DNA of 50,101 nt from Craspedostauros australis (taxonomy: Eukaryota), in the NCBI GenBank assembly GCA_030167865.1, contig JALAGF010004795.1:1-50101 (forward strand). Direction: 5' to 3'. A program made the translations under genes and the position numbers. Shown one piece after another: positions 33,101 to 46,367 of this stretch; within the stretch, counting starts at the first letter, position 1, and each line of letters starts with the position of its first letter. The notes under the pieces are model-generated. The model was not told where the DNA came from. It saw only the letters and a list, made by a program, of their open reading frames with translations, and did not search any database.

Positions 33101-36100
33101 TCGCCATGTCAGCAGCTCGTCCCACATCCCGAGCATCTCGCAATCGTTTGGCAGACGGTGCCGCCAAGCACTCAGCAAGTTCTTCAGGTCCGGCACTGTC
33201 TTCGTGCTTGCATGGTTGCTGGTCTCCACCATGATTTGTCCACTTTCGCGGATCTCCACAAGACGGTGGAAGAAATGTAACAGCGATGCATGCGCATGAC
33301 TTCCGCTGCACAGTGCCGGAAATAGCTGCCATTGCTTCAGCACGAGCTGTGCGGTCTGGGCATGGAGGTTCTCCACTTTGTTGAGCTTTCCATCGGCAAC
33401 CGCAAGCAATGTTTCGCTGAGCTTCACGGTTGGATCACCGGCTTCGACCGCGGCAATCAGCGGCGCGGACGTGCAGAGCGATCTGACCTTCTCCCAATTG
33501 CGTTCCTTCCATGCGCATTCCAGCATCAATAGCGAATTGCATGATGACGTGGCGTATTCCGATACCACGTCCAGCTGACACTGCTCTCTTTGCAGCTGGA
33601 CCCATCGGTCTTCCCAGAGCTGCATCTCTGGCTCGGATGGGGAAACTTGCCCTGTCTCGACGAGTTCGATGAGGTCGGTGTACGCATCTAGTGCCTCTGC
33701 AACCCTTCCGTGTAGGTCCAACGAGACGGATTGTTTCGTCTCGGGTACGTCGCAGAGCTCCAGCAAAGCATTCATGGCGAGATCACTCTCCCCAAGCTTT
33801 GAATAGCACCCCTGTATGGCTTCCACTGTGGTTTCCAACAGCTCGCGAGCCGAACCTGAGCTCGACGACGACGAGAGAACTGACCGTTGCTTCTCCAGGA
33901 TCGAAAGGGCCTCGTACCAGCAGTTGTAGTTCTCTGCCAGAACCGTCAACATCCGCGGGTCGGTTTGCGGCAGTGGCTGAAGCTTGCCCATGGCCTGCAG
34001 CATGGTCTTGACACTGTTCTTGGAGAAGCCGGAATGCCAACCTTTCGTATTGCTCTTCAATATCTGTGAATGGAACGGCTGCGCAACCAACCTGTTCATT
34101 GCACCCGCCAGCTCCAATCGCAACCCATCGTCGCCAACTTCCCTCCAGGCAGCAGCCATGAGGACGCTGAGTAATTCTTCAGCGACATCGACGGCGCCGT
34201 GCACAAAGCGCCGTAAGGATAGCACCAAACCGCGACGTGTCTCCTTCGATCTCATCTTCGCAATGTGCTGCACAAATGTGTCATGAGCAGACTTCATGTG
34301 CTCTGGCGCAACAAACGCAGATTCCACCTCGCCTTGGCCAGGCGCGTTCTCAGGAATCAGCTTAGCGGTGTTTGTGAAATCAGGCACGATCATGGACAGC
34401 ATCACATCCACAAGAGGAAGAGCGATGCTTCGCCCACCAAGGCCTTCGAAACGGCAGCAGAGTAATCCATACAGGATACGGCTCAATGTATTGCCCGATG
34501 GTGATGTCAGGGTACCGGATCCTGCTCCTGTTCCCGCGAGGGTCCCACTTAGTTCCGTGACGAGAATCTTCAGAATCTGTTCCCGAACAAGAGCGTTCGG
34601 CGTCAGGGAAAATCCAACCAACAGCATATGGGATGAAATGCTCCAAACCGATCTTGATCCTCCCACAGATTCAACCTGTGCATCGCTGTGTCTCAACGTT
34701 GGAGAGTGCCGCACGCCATCTCCTTCACCTCCTTCTCTCGATAACGAGACAAGCAGTCCAGTGACGACGTCAATCACGGGTTGTGCGACGATATCCGAAA
34801 GGTTGTTGAAGTCGATTACAGCCAGCTTTTCTGCGATGCTCTTCTTCTCCTTGCTCGTCATCGGGCATGATCGACTGGGCTGGAACAGCCATGTGGATAC
34901 ACAGCGCACCGCCACCAACAGCATATGCACGTTGTTGGACGCTTCCAAAATGTTGCCAATGATCTGCAAGAACTGCTTTCTGTCCTTGCTGAACGAGTGC
35001 ACAAGGCTGCCGTTGCCAAGGATTTGGATCAGCCTAGACAAGACTTGCAAGGTGATGCTACCTGGCTCGAGTTCTGCGGCGGGGTAAGCGTCCTGCCCAC
35101 CGGCTGCCCGTAGCGGATGAGCTATGTTTCTTGCGGATAGCTGCTGCCTTGTTGACTCCACCAGGATTCCCTCCGTTGGACTTCGGAATCGTTGCGGAAT
35201 GCTCGAGGTGCCTGCCTGGGATGTGCCAAGCTGCTTCTGCTTGAACGCAGCATCTTGCAGATGAGTCCGGGCCAAGTTCTCCGCTGCACGAAGGAGAGCA
35301 CCGGTGTACTTCTCCACGTATCCGCTATGTTTGGAGTCTATTTCCTCGACAGCATGCAAGCAGAAATGGAGCATTTCCAAATCCTTCTGTGATTCTGCTG
35401 AAGGGGACCTTGTCGATGCGTGACGAAGATATCGAGATGGCGATGTCGGCCCAGTGTGGCTGCCGTTGCCGCTGCCAGTGGCGATGTGGCCAATAACGCT
35501 CCCCTTGAGAATGATGTATTCAAGGCTTACGCCGATGGCGTTGGTCAGGATGCTAACTTGACCGCTGCGCGCATGCAGCGAACACATCGTGACGATGAAT
35601 TGATGCAGGGTGCTTTTCACGGCTCTGTGACCTGTCCTGGTGCAACATCTGAAGGCTGCGGTGACAATCTCCTTGAAGTGGGCACCGTTGAGAGTGAGAA
35701 TTGGATTGGTCGGGGCGCACTCGGCCACGATGATCAGGAATTCCAAGCAAGAAACGAGCAAAAGCGGATTCATGCCGGGAACCTCCACTTTCGCTTGCTG
35801 GGTTGCCGATTTCTGCGTCTTGCCTGCCACCTTGCGAGCTGGTGTTGGTGCAGCCTCCTTGCTTCCACCCAACAGATTGTCTTCCCTGCAAAGCTGGACG
35901 GTATTTTCAAAGTACTCCGATCTCAGCACGCAGCTCGGCCAACGTTGCAGCACAGTTCTCAGCAGTTTGATGATCCTGCTGCCGATGTTGTTGTTTGCTG
36001 CATCGATCTTTTGATCTGCCAAGAGATTCTTGAGACGGACCAGAAAGTTGCCAATGGAATCAACCTACTCAATACAAGCATGCACAGTTTTTTGTTTTGT

Positions 36101-39100
36101 TTTGCCATGGTTGCGTGAGATTGATGAGTTGTATCATAATCGCATGCGTGGTGTGTGATCGTATGCAATCGTCCAGCGCACGCAACGAATAAAAACGGAG
36201 ACAAAATTCACAAATGAATGGCAAGTCAGAAGATGAACCAAGGCAAGGGACGCGATGAGACAAATCACAACAAGAAAACACAGAACGTACCATTGCAGCG
36301 GATAGATTGACTCGCAGTCCTCTTCTTGTTGGAGCAGCACCCGCTGCGACCACAATCGTCCCAGATTCAGTTTTGCGTTTCTTCTCTGGAGAAACAGATG
36401 TTGCGCCGTCGTCAACAACACCTTTGATCGGTCGCTTGCTATTTCGCCGAGGTGATGCTGCCATCGACGCTTGTTCCGCCGTTGCAGAATCATCTTCCTC
36501 GTGCCATCGAAGTATCAGCTCGATGACTGATACGCAAAGGAGCCTATTTTCGAACGGGCCGTTCACTTGAAGCCCGACACGATTCAGAGAATTGACCATG
36601 CATCTGCTGAAATCGCTGCGACTGGATTCAAATACGGTGGGATTGCTCACGACAGTGTGCCAAACGTGCGTGAGTAGCGGAGCAAAGTTCTCTTCGTCAA
36701 GTAAGAGCCGATGAACGAGATGGTTGATCTTCGGGACATCCTTCGCGTCCAATCTGGCCTCCAAGGCTGGCAAGAGGGTGCTCATAGCTTCGCGAACCAG
36801 CTGCCTGCCTTCGGATTGGTGCAGACGCAGAAGCATCGAGTAGACATGCACTACGATCTTGGACGGCGTGGTTTGGAAATTGGCAATGATCTTGCAGATC
36901 ACCTTGAACGCCCAACCCTTGCAGGACGGGTCCTCGCTCTTCAGCAAGATCCAACAAAACTTCACGACCTCTTTTGTGATATCAGCAAAGTACGCCGTCC
37001 GCTTGGCCAGAAGCAGATGGCAGATTCGCAAGAGTTCCACCTTCAGCTTGTTGCCACATACGATCGCGGTGCTGCTCTTGAACAGAATCGTGCCAACGAA
37101 CTTATTCACGGTGGTTTTATCGACGATCACCTGTGAGCCGCCTGATGGGACGGTGTCATCTTGCTTCCCTTCGAGGCACCGCTCGAGCATCGGATACACG
37201 ACGAGCCGAATGCTCAGAGTCTTCGTCTCTTCGGAGCTCTCGCCTGCGAGGAGGGCGAAGAAACGCTGCATGATCATGCGTTTTTGGTATGGTTGCAATC
37301 CGTACGAGACGGTGTCGAAAAGGAACGTCTTGACGAACAGGTAATCCCCAGTCGTTGGTTGCAGGAACACCCGAGGCAACTCGAACAGCACATCGACATC
37401 CTCTGGTGAATGCTTCGCATAATCGACGAGGAATTTGGCCAGAGTCTTCGATTCGCTCTGGTACCGCGGAGGGACGGATCCCTCGTGCTGCAGTCGTAAG
37501 TAGCGCCCGTTGCTTCTCCACAGCAGTCGGAATGCTCGGAGCACGTCGCTGTGAGACTTGAGGTAGCTCTGGTTGTATCGGATCAGACTTTGGACGAGCG
37601 TGAAACCTTGGTGCTGCAATTCCATGTACTCAGTTGTCATGGGTTTTGTGGATTTGTCCTTGGATTGGATGTTGGATCTAGCTGCCTCCGACGTGTATCG
37701 TTGCTTGCAGTCGCTCAGCTCTTTCGCAAACCTCTCGTAGGCCAGCTTCGCTGATTTGTGCTTGCGCTTGGCTTCTTCCATGGCTCCCACGGCTTCTGGA
37801 GTTGGGCTGTTCGCCTTGGACGCAGCGGCCTTCTTGGCTTGCAGCACCTCAACTGCTCGCGTGTGCTCCTTCTGCAGGATGAGGAACTTGCGCTTCTTCG
37901 TGTCGATCTCCTGCCTCATCTTGATCAAACGGTCGGGTTGGATGCCGTGGAGTACGAACAAGTCGGTCGCGGTTTTGGAGCTTCCAGCCCTTGGCGTTGA
38001 TTGCCCCCCAGCAAGCTTCTCTGGTCGAATGATGCCAAGAGGCCTCTCGAAGCAGACATTGAGAATGTTCACAGAACATTGTGGACCGCACAGATACTCC
38101 CGAAGAGGCAACGATTCTTCGTGTGCAACGATGAATTGGAATAGTTCGCTGTACAAAGGCGTTTTCAGTCGCTGGAAGAAGAACATCATCGTGCTTTGGC
38201 AGTGCTTGTTCAAGTACTGAGCGAGCGGCTTTCTGAATGGCGACTCAACGTGCGTTGACTTGTACGCAGGGAGGCAAGATTCCAGCTTGATCGTTGTCTT
38301 CACCAACGGTTCCACGAAGCTGGAGGCGTGCGGCAGCAACGCAAACAGACCCACAATCGCAGCAGCCACGTTGGGCTCGTCCCCCTGCTTCCAAATCTCT
38401 TGAACTCTGATGCGGTGTGGATCTACCCACTGCTGCAAATGATCCAACAGCTTCTCCCCCAGCGTCTTGTTGAACCACGATGACAGTAACGAAAGCAATC
38501 GGGAAAGTCCCCGCAAGAGCGCCTTCGACAGACGAGTATACTCCCTCAGGTTCAACAGAACTGGCTTGATGCATGTTTGGAGCAACTCCTTGGGAAGTCG
38601 GGATCTGGACTTCGAACCTTCCAATGACGCGGTGGGGATGACGCTGAGGCTTAGGACATCCCGCAGAGCCGCATGTGCTGCATCAACTGAGTCGACAGGA
38701 TCGGACACAAGTGACCGGAAGAGCAGGCTGATGACATGCGGGCGTATGTTGCCTGTGTGTACGAGTGCTCGGACGTGTGTGCGTTGTGCACAAAATATGT
38801 TTTTGGTATGATCGCGTTCACGGGCACGAAGAACACCAATGAGAGAAGCATAGAAACATCGACGGCCGACAGTCCGTGTTGAAAATGGGTATTGGTGAGG
38901 AAGGAATAGAAACGACAACCTGGGCAACGACAACGACGACGACAACGACGACAACAACAAACAAACAAAATGTGGAAAAAACGACAAATGGCCCGAACAA
39001 TTCACATCTGCGGGATCGACAATCGAAGATGAGGGTCATCATCATGACGACGCACAAAATTCAGCGTCCAACGTCCAACGTCCAACACAAACGTACCGAC

Positions 39101-42100
39101 TGGGGTAGAACTTTCCGCAGTGAAGAATTCATTTGGATGCGTCCTGATGACCGATCTAAGCAGAGAGATCGAAGACACTCGGAACTGGATGCCCGAAGGA
39201 AGCTGCGGTGGCAGCACGAACTTCGTCCCATCAATGTCAACGACGCACATCCGCCGCAGAAACATCGACGAAGCAGGCTCGGGTTGAGGTTTCGGTTGCG
39301 ACTCTTTCTTGCTCTGAACATCTTTCGCCTGCAACGCATGGCCGTTTTTGTCGACAACGTAACCAAGCAAGTTGGCATCTTGCATCTCACCATCGGCCAC
39401 TGATGTTGTCTTCAGAAGCTCCGAAAGGAATGCCAGTAGGTGCTGGTCGGTCAATGGAATGAGACCTGGGATTTGATCCATAAATATGCACAGAGCTTCC
39501 ACCGCACCAACCTGTTCTGGAAGCGGGAGCAGCTTGAGCGATCTTGAGAAAATTACTCGTCGAATGGCTGCCATGCGCTTTTCGAAATGCTTCTTCAACT
39601 CGTGCTTTGGATATCGATCAACCACGAAATTGAGGAGAATGAACCGTGCTGCGATCCTGTACTCGCACAGGATGATTAGTTGTCGTGAAGAGATGAGGCG
39701 CAATTGGTGGCGATTTTGGGAAGGTGAAGGCATGGACAAATTGAGCGGACGGGTGAGGTGCGTTCCAAAACAAAAGTGCAAGGGCATCAGACATTTTGCA
39801 ACAACGGTGGAGGGTCATACCTGGACAGTTGATTGGTCGACGCCAACTCCACAATGATCATGTGAAGTACATCGCTGCAAGGCACAATGAGGTTGGCCTT
39901 GGTGGCAACCGACGGCTTTTGGATATGGACCTTGTTCGTGCTTGCAGCTGGTTGTCCCTGCAGTGCGTTGGCAACAACTGGCTTGGGTGCCACAGCTGGA
40001 TGGAGCTGAACAGGCTGTGTTGTTGTAGGTTGCGTTGGGGGAGGGCGTTGCGTTCCGGCTTCGGCTGCGGGCAAGTGCTTGATTGTGACATTTGGGGGAG
40101 CTACGTGTGCAGTCGCAACGGAAGTGACAGCTGATGGTGCACCAGAAGTTGCTTGCGGCAATGCTCTACTCGCGACAACCCCCGCTGCTTGCGTTGGTAT
40201 TGCTGGTCGTGTTGCATACGCTGCAGGGATAGCTGCAGTCGTTGCCGGTCGCACCACGACAGGAGCTGGCGCCGCAGTCGCCGTGGCAATGGGAACTGGA
40301 ACATGTCCTGCAGCTTGCTTTGGTTGAAGAGCTGCGGTTGCTGGGACTGGTGTGGAACGTATCGGGATGGCCTGTACCGCTGGCGGGGCCCTGGCCACCG
40401 TTCCGACATTGGGGGCCACCGCCGCTGCTGCTGGTGCAACTGCCGTTGCTGTCGCTGGTAATGCCGCTGGTACTGCTGCTGGTATTGCTTTTGGAACTGG
40501 TATTGATGCCGCTGCCGCTGTTGCAGGCGCTACCGCAGGTGCACTGGTCGATCTAGCGGGAGCAGATCCCGTGGCCATCGCTGTGATTGGTTGCCGAATC
40601 GCATTCACTGCTGCTGTTTGCGGACGTGCTATCGGGATGGCCGGTTTGGCAGTGATGGTGCCTGGTGGGGCAACAACTGGAGGCTTGGCTGCCTTCGGGG
40701 AGGTTCTTGGTTTATCACCGGCTGCGTTGTAGTTCATACCGATCTCTTGCATGGTGACACCTGAGAGATGATCCCAGACGAATCCTTTCTCCTTGCGCTT
40801 GTCATGCAAGCTCCCTTTGTACAGCGCGGATGACACTCGCACCATAAACCGGAACGCGCTCACGCGAACCGAAGCCATTTCCTTCGGCGCGCTCTTAACA
40901 GCGAAGAGCGCCACGTTCATGATCTCAGCTTCGTATTGCCGTCCCCATGCCGACCCAAGCTCTCGCAGCATGATACAAATGCCTTCGTACAACCCTTCCC
41001 GACGATTCCATGGCGACGACGTCACCGTTTCGCACATGGCGTGCAATAGGTTTTCATAGAACACTAGCTGACCGCGATCAAAGTCTTCCAGCGACCTCTC
41101 CCGGAAATTTGATGGTGATGCCGTGGGATCCGTTGGAGCAGACACAAGCCTTCGCAGCATGTTCAGTCCGGCTTCATACACCTCTTTCTTCGACACGGAC
41201 AGAAACTCTGCAAGAGCTTCGTTGCATACCAAGGGGTTGGCATGGAATCGGAGATCCTCGGACAGCGCGAAGTAGCCAAACGGTTTGAGCGAGCCAAGAT
41301 TCTCGGCAAAGATGCATGTTGTGTGTGGGTCTGTCGTTGTGCCATCGGGCATTTCGCTGTTGATTGGTGACCCATTCCCATCGATCCGCACGAACGATTC
41401 TTCGTTTGCTCGGACGTACAACAAAAGATGGACGAGGAATCCCTCTACAACGCCGGCCACATCACCAGGAATCGACTTTATGGTGGATGCAAAAAGAAGA
41501 CCGACGGTGAGGAGCCGAAGCTGCGATTCGCAGCAGTTCAGCTTGTAGGCGTTGCGCTGGATCGTGGCGATGTCCTCAGAAACCGGCAGGTTCAGATGGC
41601 TGGGCGCGAGTCGCTTGCGGCAAAGCTGCTCTGTTCCGCCGTTGATCTCCACAACCTCGACGAGAATCGCCTGGAGTATGTTGAATGCTTCAACCGCGTG
41701 CAATTTCTTTGATTGTCCGATCACATCTTTGCAGTAGCCGACGAGATCCACTTTGATGACCTTGGTCGTCATCAACTTGGTCGTATCAGCCCAAGGCATG
41801 CCCGACAAAGAATCGGTGGCATTCAAATCGCTGGTGTCGCTTCGTGTTGCTTGCTGCATGGCCTCATGCCGCAGAGCATCAACGACTTGCGTCAACGGGA
41901 TGTCCACCTGGAACGAGGACTGCTGGATGTCCATGGCATCATCTCCCACAGAGCTGGGAACATGCCACAGACAAGAGATTCGGAATCGTTCTTCCGCCTG
42001 ATCGATGATAGAGGTGGGGTTTCGTATCGACAACGGTTCTCGGAGAATTTGTCGATTTTTCCCGCCCAGCTTCCCCAACAAACGCAGGGTGAGCAATCCG

Positions 42101-45100
42101 TACTGGTATGGTGCCGGGCGCAAATGGAGAGACAGCGCGCGCATCAAATCGGCGTACAAAGCCGCATTTTTGGACAATTCGGGATACAAGAAGTCTGGAT
42201 TGAGGTTATCCACCCAGAATTCAAGCGTTCGAAGCCTTTGGCGATCAGAAAAGGAACATAATAAGCAAATCGAGGCAAGAGAGAAGTAACGACGTGAGAT
42301 GCGCTATGTATCGCATAGGAATTGGTGGAGACGGTGCTCCCGTCATGCATGATTGATGCCGTTTTCGAGGATTGCTTCGTCGGAGGTGCACGACGCTCGC
42401 CCGCACCTCTTCACACGCTTTCGCAGGTTTACGTTCAGGTCCACGTGCATATGTGCATGCGGACATCGTCGCTGTCTCATGAATAGCATCGCATTCTGCT
42501 CTTCACTTACCCCAGGTTGGCCAGCTCTACCGAATTGGACTGCAAGGCCCGGACGATCACCCGCAGCAGTAGATTCATGTGTGGCAAGAGTGACGACGAT
42601 CGTGCCGGGATCGTCAGGATCAGCTCCATGATGTTCTCCTGATGGATTTGATCATCGGTCGAGGACAAGACTCGGAACAAGCCGTTCAGTGCCGGAGGTA
42701 GCAAAGGAAACAGCTCACGATACGATGCTTCGAGTTTGCTAGCGGTGATTGATTTGAACAACGATCGCAGCAAGAGGTAGTAGTTGTCACCTTCGTCCGG
42801 CGTCGATGCAGTTTCCAGCGATGACCGGAGGCAAGTCGTCACGATCGTTCGCAGATGCGGTAGCAGGGCCGCTTCGTTGTTTCCGTAGGTTGACATGGAT
42901 TTCAGCGCCCTTTCGAACAGCTGAAGGTAGGTGGATGCTCTCTTGGCGGCCTTGTCGGGTGGCGGGATTGGATCCTGGGTTTGCCGGACGACGTGATCAA
43001 CGGTCGACGAATTGGCATGGTCTTGCGGTTTTTCTGAATCTGAAATATAGCGCTCATCTTTCGTTCGCTTGTGATTCAGGACATCCATTCGGCTAACCAG
43101 GAATTCGAGAAGGATGCGCACGAATTCGTAACTCGTTGTTGCATTGATCCCGAGCAGCTGTCGCGGTACAAGCATGGCAGCCGGTTCCTCGACTATGGCC
43201 TCGATGATCACATCCAGCCGCCGTCCCAAGGTGCGACGTAGATCGTACCCATCCATGGTCGTGAAGGCGGCTGCAAAATACGTCAGCGAGTCCCTGTACT
43301 GGTCTGTGAGGTGGACTTTCCCGCCAACATATTTGAACTGAGTCCTGGGTTTTCGATCAATGGTGCCGTTGCCGTTGCCAGCGCCAGCCCCAGTGTTGGT
43401 TTCGTTTAGAATCTTCATGCAAGGGAAGGCCAAGCAGATGTACCGATCGATGAGATCGCATTCGGTGTGCGTGATTTTCATCATGGCCGACGCGACCTCT
43501 TCGTTGGAACCAAGGAGAGGATGCAGATTCTCGATTTTCTCCTTTTCTCTTTGAGCTCGGTAGTTGTTGATGTACCAGATGACGGTCTTGTGTCCCACGA
43601 TGATGGCTCGAATCGTGCTTTTCATGTCGCGGATAGACTCCGATGGTTCAATTCCTGGGGGAAGCTTCAGACTGGTTGATTCAGTGATTCCTGCAAAGTG
43701 GTCGGCCGGCGCTTCCTGTTGCTGATGCTGTTGTTGTTGTTGGCACGAAGCAGCAGAATCTGCGCCAGTACGATGACGTGCGCCTTCGCGCATGATGGGC
43801 AGGTAGCTCTGCACGGTAGATAGCTTGTCGACGAGCGTGCGAAGGATTCGAACCAAGATATCTCGACCAACCTGCGGATCCGGATCCTTGTTGTGGGACA
43901 CCATATCCACGACGCTGAGGAGGCATCGCACAGCCGTGTACTGCGTCGAGATGGGGAGCGTCATGGATGTGTCGTGCAGGACTTGCGAGAAGATGCTGAC
44001 AACGCGCGAGACCTGATTCATGTTGAGGACCGATCGGATGTGCTGCACAAGGCCGGATAGCGTCGTGTACGCAAGCGGACGCAGGATGGTGTGATCGGAC
44101 GACCTGTGACGGGATCCCAGCAAGGTGCGTTCATCCAGGAGAGTGTCGATGTGGCGGTAGAACCCGTTTCTGAGGTCGCTGTTGAGGAGCTGCCTGGTCG
44201 ACTCGAGCAGCTCTCTGCGCGTGCTGACAAAGTCGGTGGGGCATGTCGACATGAGCGCCACCACGTTGCTCGCCAGCTTGTCTTCGTACGGTTTGAGTTC
44301 TGCCGTGAGACTCCGCAACAGGAATGTGAGGAAGCTCAGGGTTTTGCTCTGTGCCGCAATAAGTTCTCTCGACCGAGAAAAGTACAGCCTCTGTCCGTGA
44401 CTGTCCAGCTTTTGTTTGTGCGTGACGATGGTGTGCAGTGGGGGCGTGCGCAATGATAGGGCTTCCATCATGACGTTGATGAGCACGGATGCGTTGGTTT
44501 TGAGGAACTTCGGGTAGAACTTGAATATGAGTATGGCGACCAGCGGGCATTCTGTGAGGACACGGAATGACGCGTTTGACCTGAGCGATAGTCGTGGGAT
44601 CGGTGAGCTTGGGAGAGGAGCGATGGGGGACGGCGCCAAGGCTTGCGCCTTGCTCTTGCTCGAGTCGGGTGTCTGTAGGTTGCTGCTTGTATCCGCGCCT
44701 GATTTGGGACGCACTGGAGTTCCGACGGCTGGGTTGGTTGGTTGCGTATTGCTCTGTGTTGCTTGCACGATTGCCATGGGCACCGTTGCTGCACCGGGTC
44801 CTGGCGCAGTCGAATGTGCTGGTGCTATTGGTGCTGTGGTTGATGTTGCAGTTGGTGCTGTTGGTGTTTTTGGCGTCGGGGGTTGCGCAACACCTTGGTT
44901 GGTTGTGCTTGTCATCGTCGCTGTCGCAACTGGTGTTGCTGTTGTTGTTGTTCCTGCATCTGACGGAGGTGGCCCTGCAGAGAGGGTGGAGAATTGAAAG
45001 TTCCGCTTGACGGCCAAAGGCAGAGCACGGTACGATCCGATGACAAAGTCCAAGTAGGGCTGGATGTGATCCTGCGGCAACACCCTGTAGAACTTGAAGA

Positions 45101-45572
45101 GCGCGAATATGATCTCCGATGCCAGAATGGCGTTCTGCTCGTAATCCTTGTTGAGGATGTCGACGGAAAGCGCCACCAGAGTGGGTGCATGCGGTCGCAG
45201 CCCCTCGTTGCTGGGCAGCCGATTGAGGATCTCCACGATCTTGTTGCGCAACCGGTGCTCCATCGAATTGGTGTCCGGATGGGGCTTGACGCGGTGCGTG
45301 AGGATCGTCGAGAAGACTGGCATGAGGTTGGAAAGCACGCTGGAGTAGAGCTTGGTGTGGACGATTTCGATTCTGCTCAGGATCTCATCTGCCGCCTGGA
45401 CCGCCTGTCGCAGATCCGCGCCCATGAGCCGCTGGCGCAGGCTCTCCCAATCGATCTTATTCCCGGCCGCCTCTGCCTTGGCTGCGTTGGGCGATGACAT
45501 TGGGTTGACGACGCGCGGCGATGTTGCCGCAATCGAAGGGAACGCGGCGGACGGCGATGGGAGGTTCACCAT
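30194..45572 (-). CDS. TRRAP: TRRAP/Tra1, PIKK-family pseudokinase scaffold of SAGA and NuA4/TIP60; 5 exons, ~4789 aa
   Basis: Exons 45572-42511, 42235-39821, 39656-39097, 38752-36291 and 36064-30194; all GT-AG, total 14370 nt in frame. Hallmarks: SFRVLTECP, LTIPARSSSLLPHM, G|LRTLEFWVDNLNPDFL, LGKLGGKNR, FAT region (WVWLPWIPQLLTSL, YPQAVYY), IEIPGQY, a pseudokinase core (AERTPSRF and SPDFR replacing DRHxxN and DFG) and FATC ending YHPWF. Confidence 0.96.
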
Positions 45573-45753
45573 GTTTCGACTACTCTATGCGAGTGATAGT
45601 CGTATGTGCGGCTAGTCTATGCGAGTGTGTGCAGCTATGATAGTATTCTACGTGATTGAGGGCCGCTTCTTGCTCCAAGTGTCGAGATGGGGAGATTGTC
45701 CGGAGTATTGTAGTCGTATCGTACACGTAGAGTACTCGTACGTCTGAGGGCTG

Positions 45754-45797
45754 GTATATCTGAGTATATCTGCGTATATCTGCGTATATCTGCGTAT
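45754..45797. repeat. 10-bp minisatellite (GTATATCTGC)n, ~4.4 copies, upstream of TRRAP
   Basis: Directly visible; one copy has A instead of C. Confidence 0.9.
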
Positions 45798-46367
45798 GAT
45801 ACACGAGGGGTCCCTCTCTGTGGTTGGGTGGTCGACGGTGCTGATGTTTTTGTGGCTGCGTTGTCTGGATGATTGGGATTGTGTATTTCGTCGTGGGTTG
45901 GTTGTTGTTGCTACTGTTGTTACTGTTGTTACTGTTACTGTTGTTGTTGTGTTGTGTTGTTCGCTTGTGTGGTGCGATGGCGCGATTTAGAGTTCCCTTC
46001 CCACCAAATTTCGGCGCCTGTGTGCTCAATTCTTGACCAATTCGACATCTGTAACCAAACCACAGGAGCTCAGAGCAGAACTGGAGCAACCTGGTTTCCG
46101 AAGAACGCCTAATGCAATCTCTGTGCGAGTGAGTCCCCAAGGCAAGTCTTGTATTAATATGCACTGCCATCGAGTTCAGTTGCCATGTGAAAGATGTGTG
46201 TAAAAGATATATGTGTATGAGTGGGTTCTTACTTGTCTGTCTGTCGGTATCCGTACAGTGCGCCAGTATGGTACCATAAAGTGCTCCAATCGGCGTGTCC
46301 ATCCGCCTCGACCTGTTCTTAACGCAACCACTCTAACAGATTCGCGCAGATTGCTGCATCATTCGGT

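Noticed and set aside
36069-45572. Four separate large genes as listed in the ORF track
   Set aside because: They join through canonical GT-AG introns, in consistent phase, into a single TRRAP gene.
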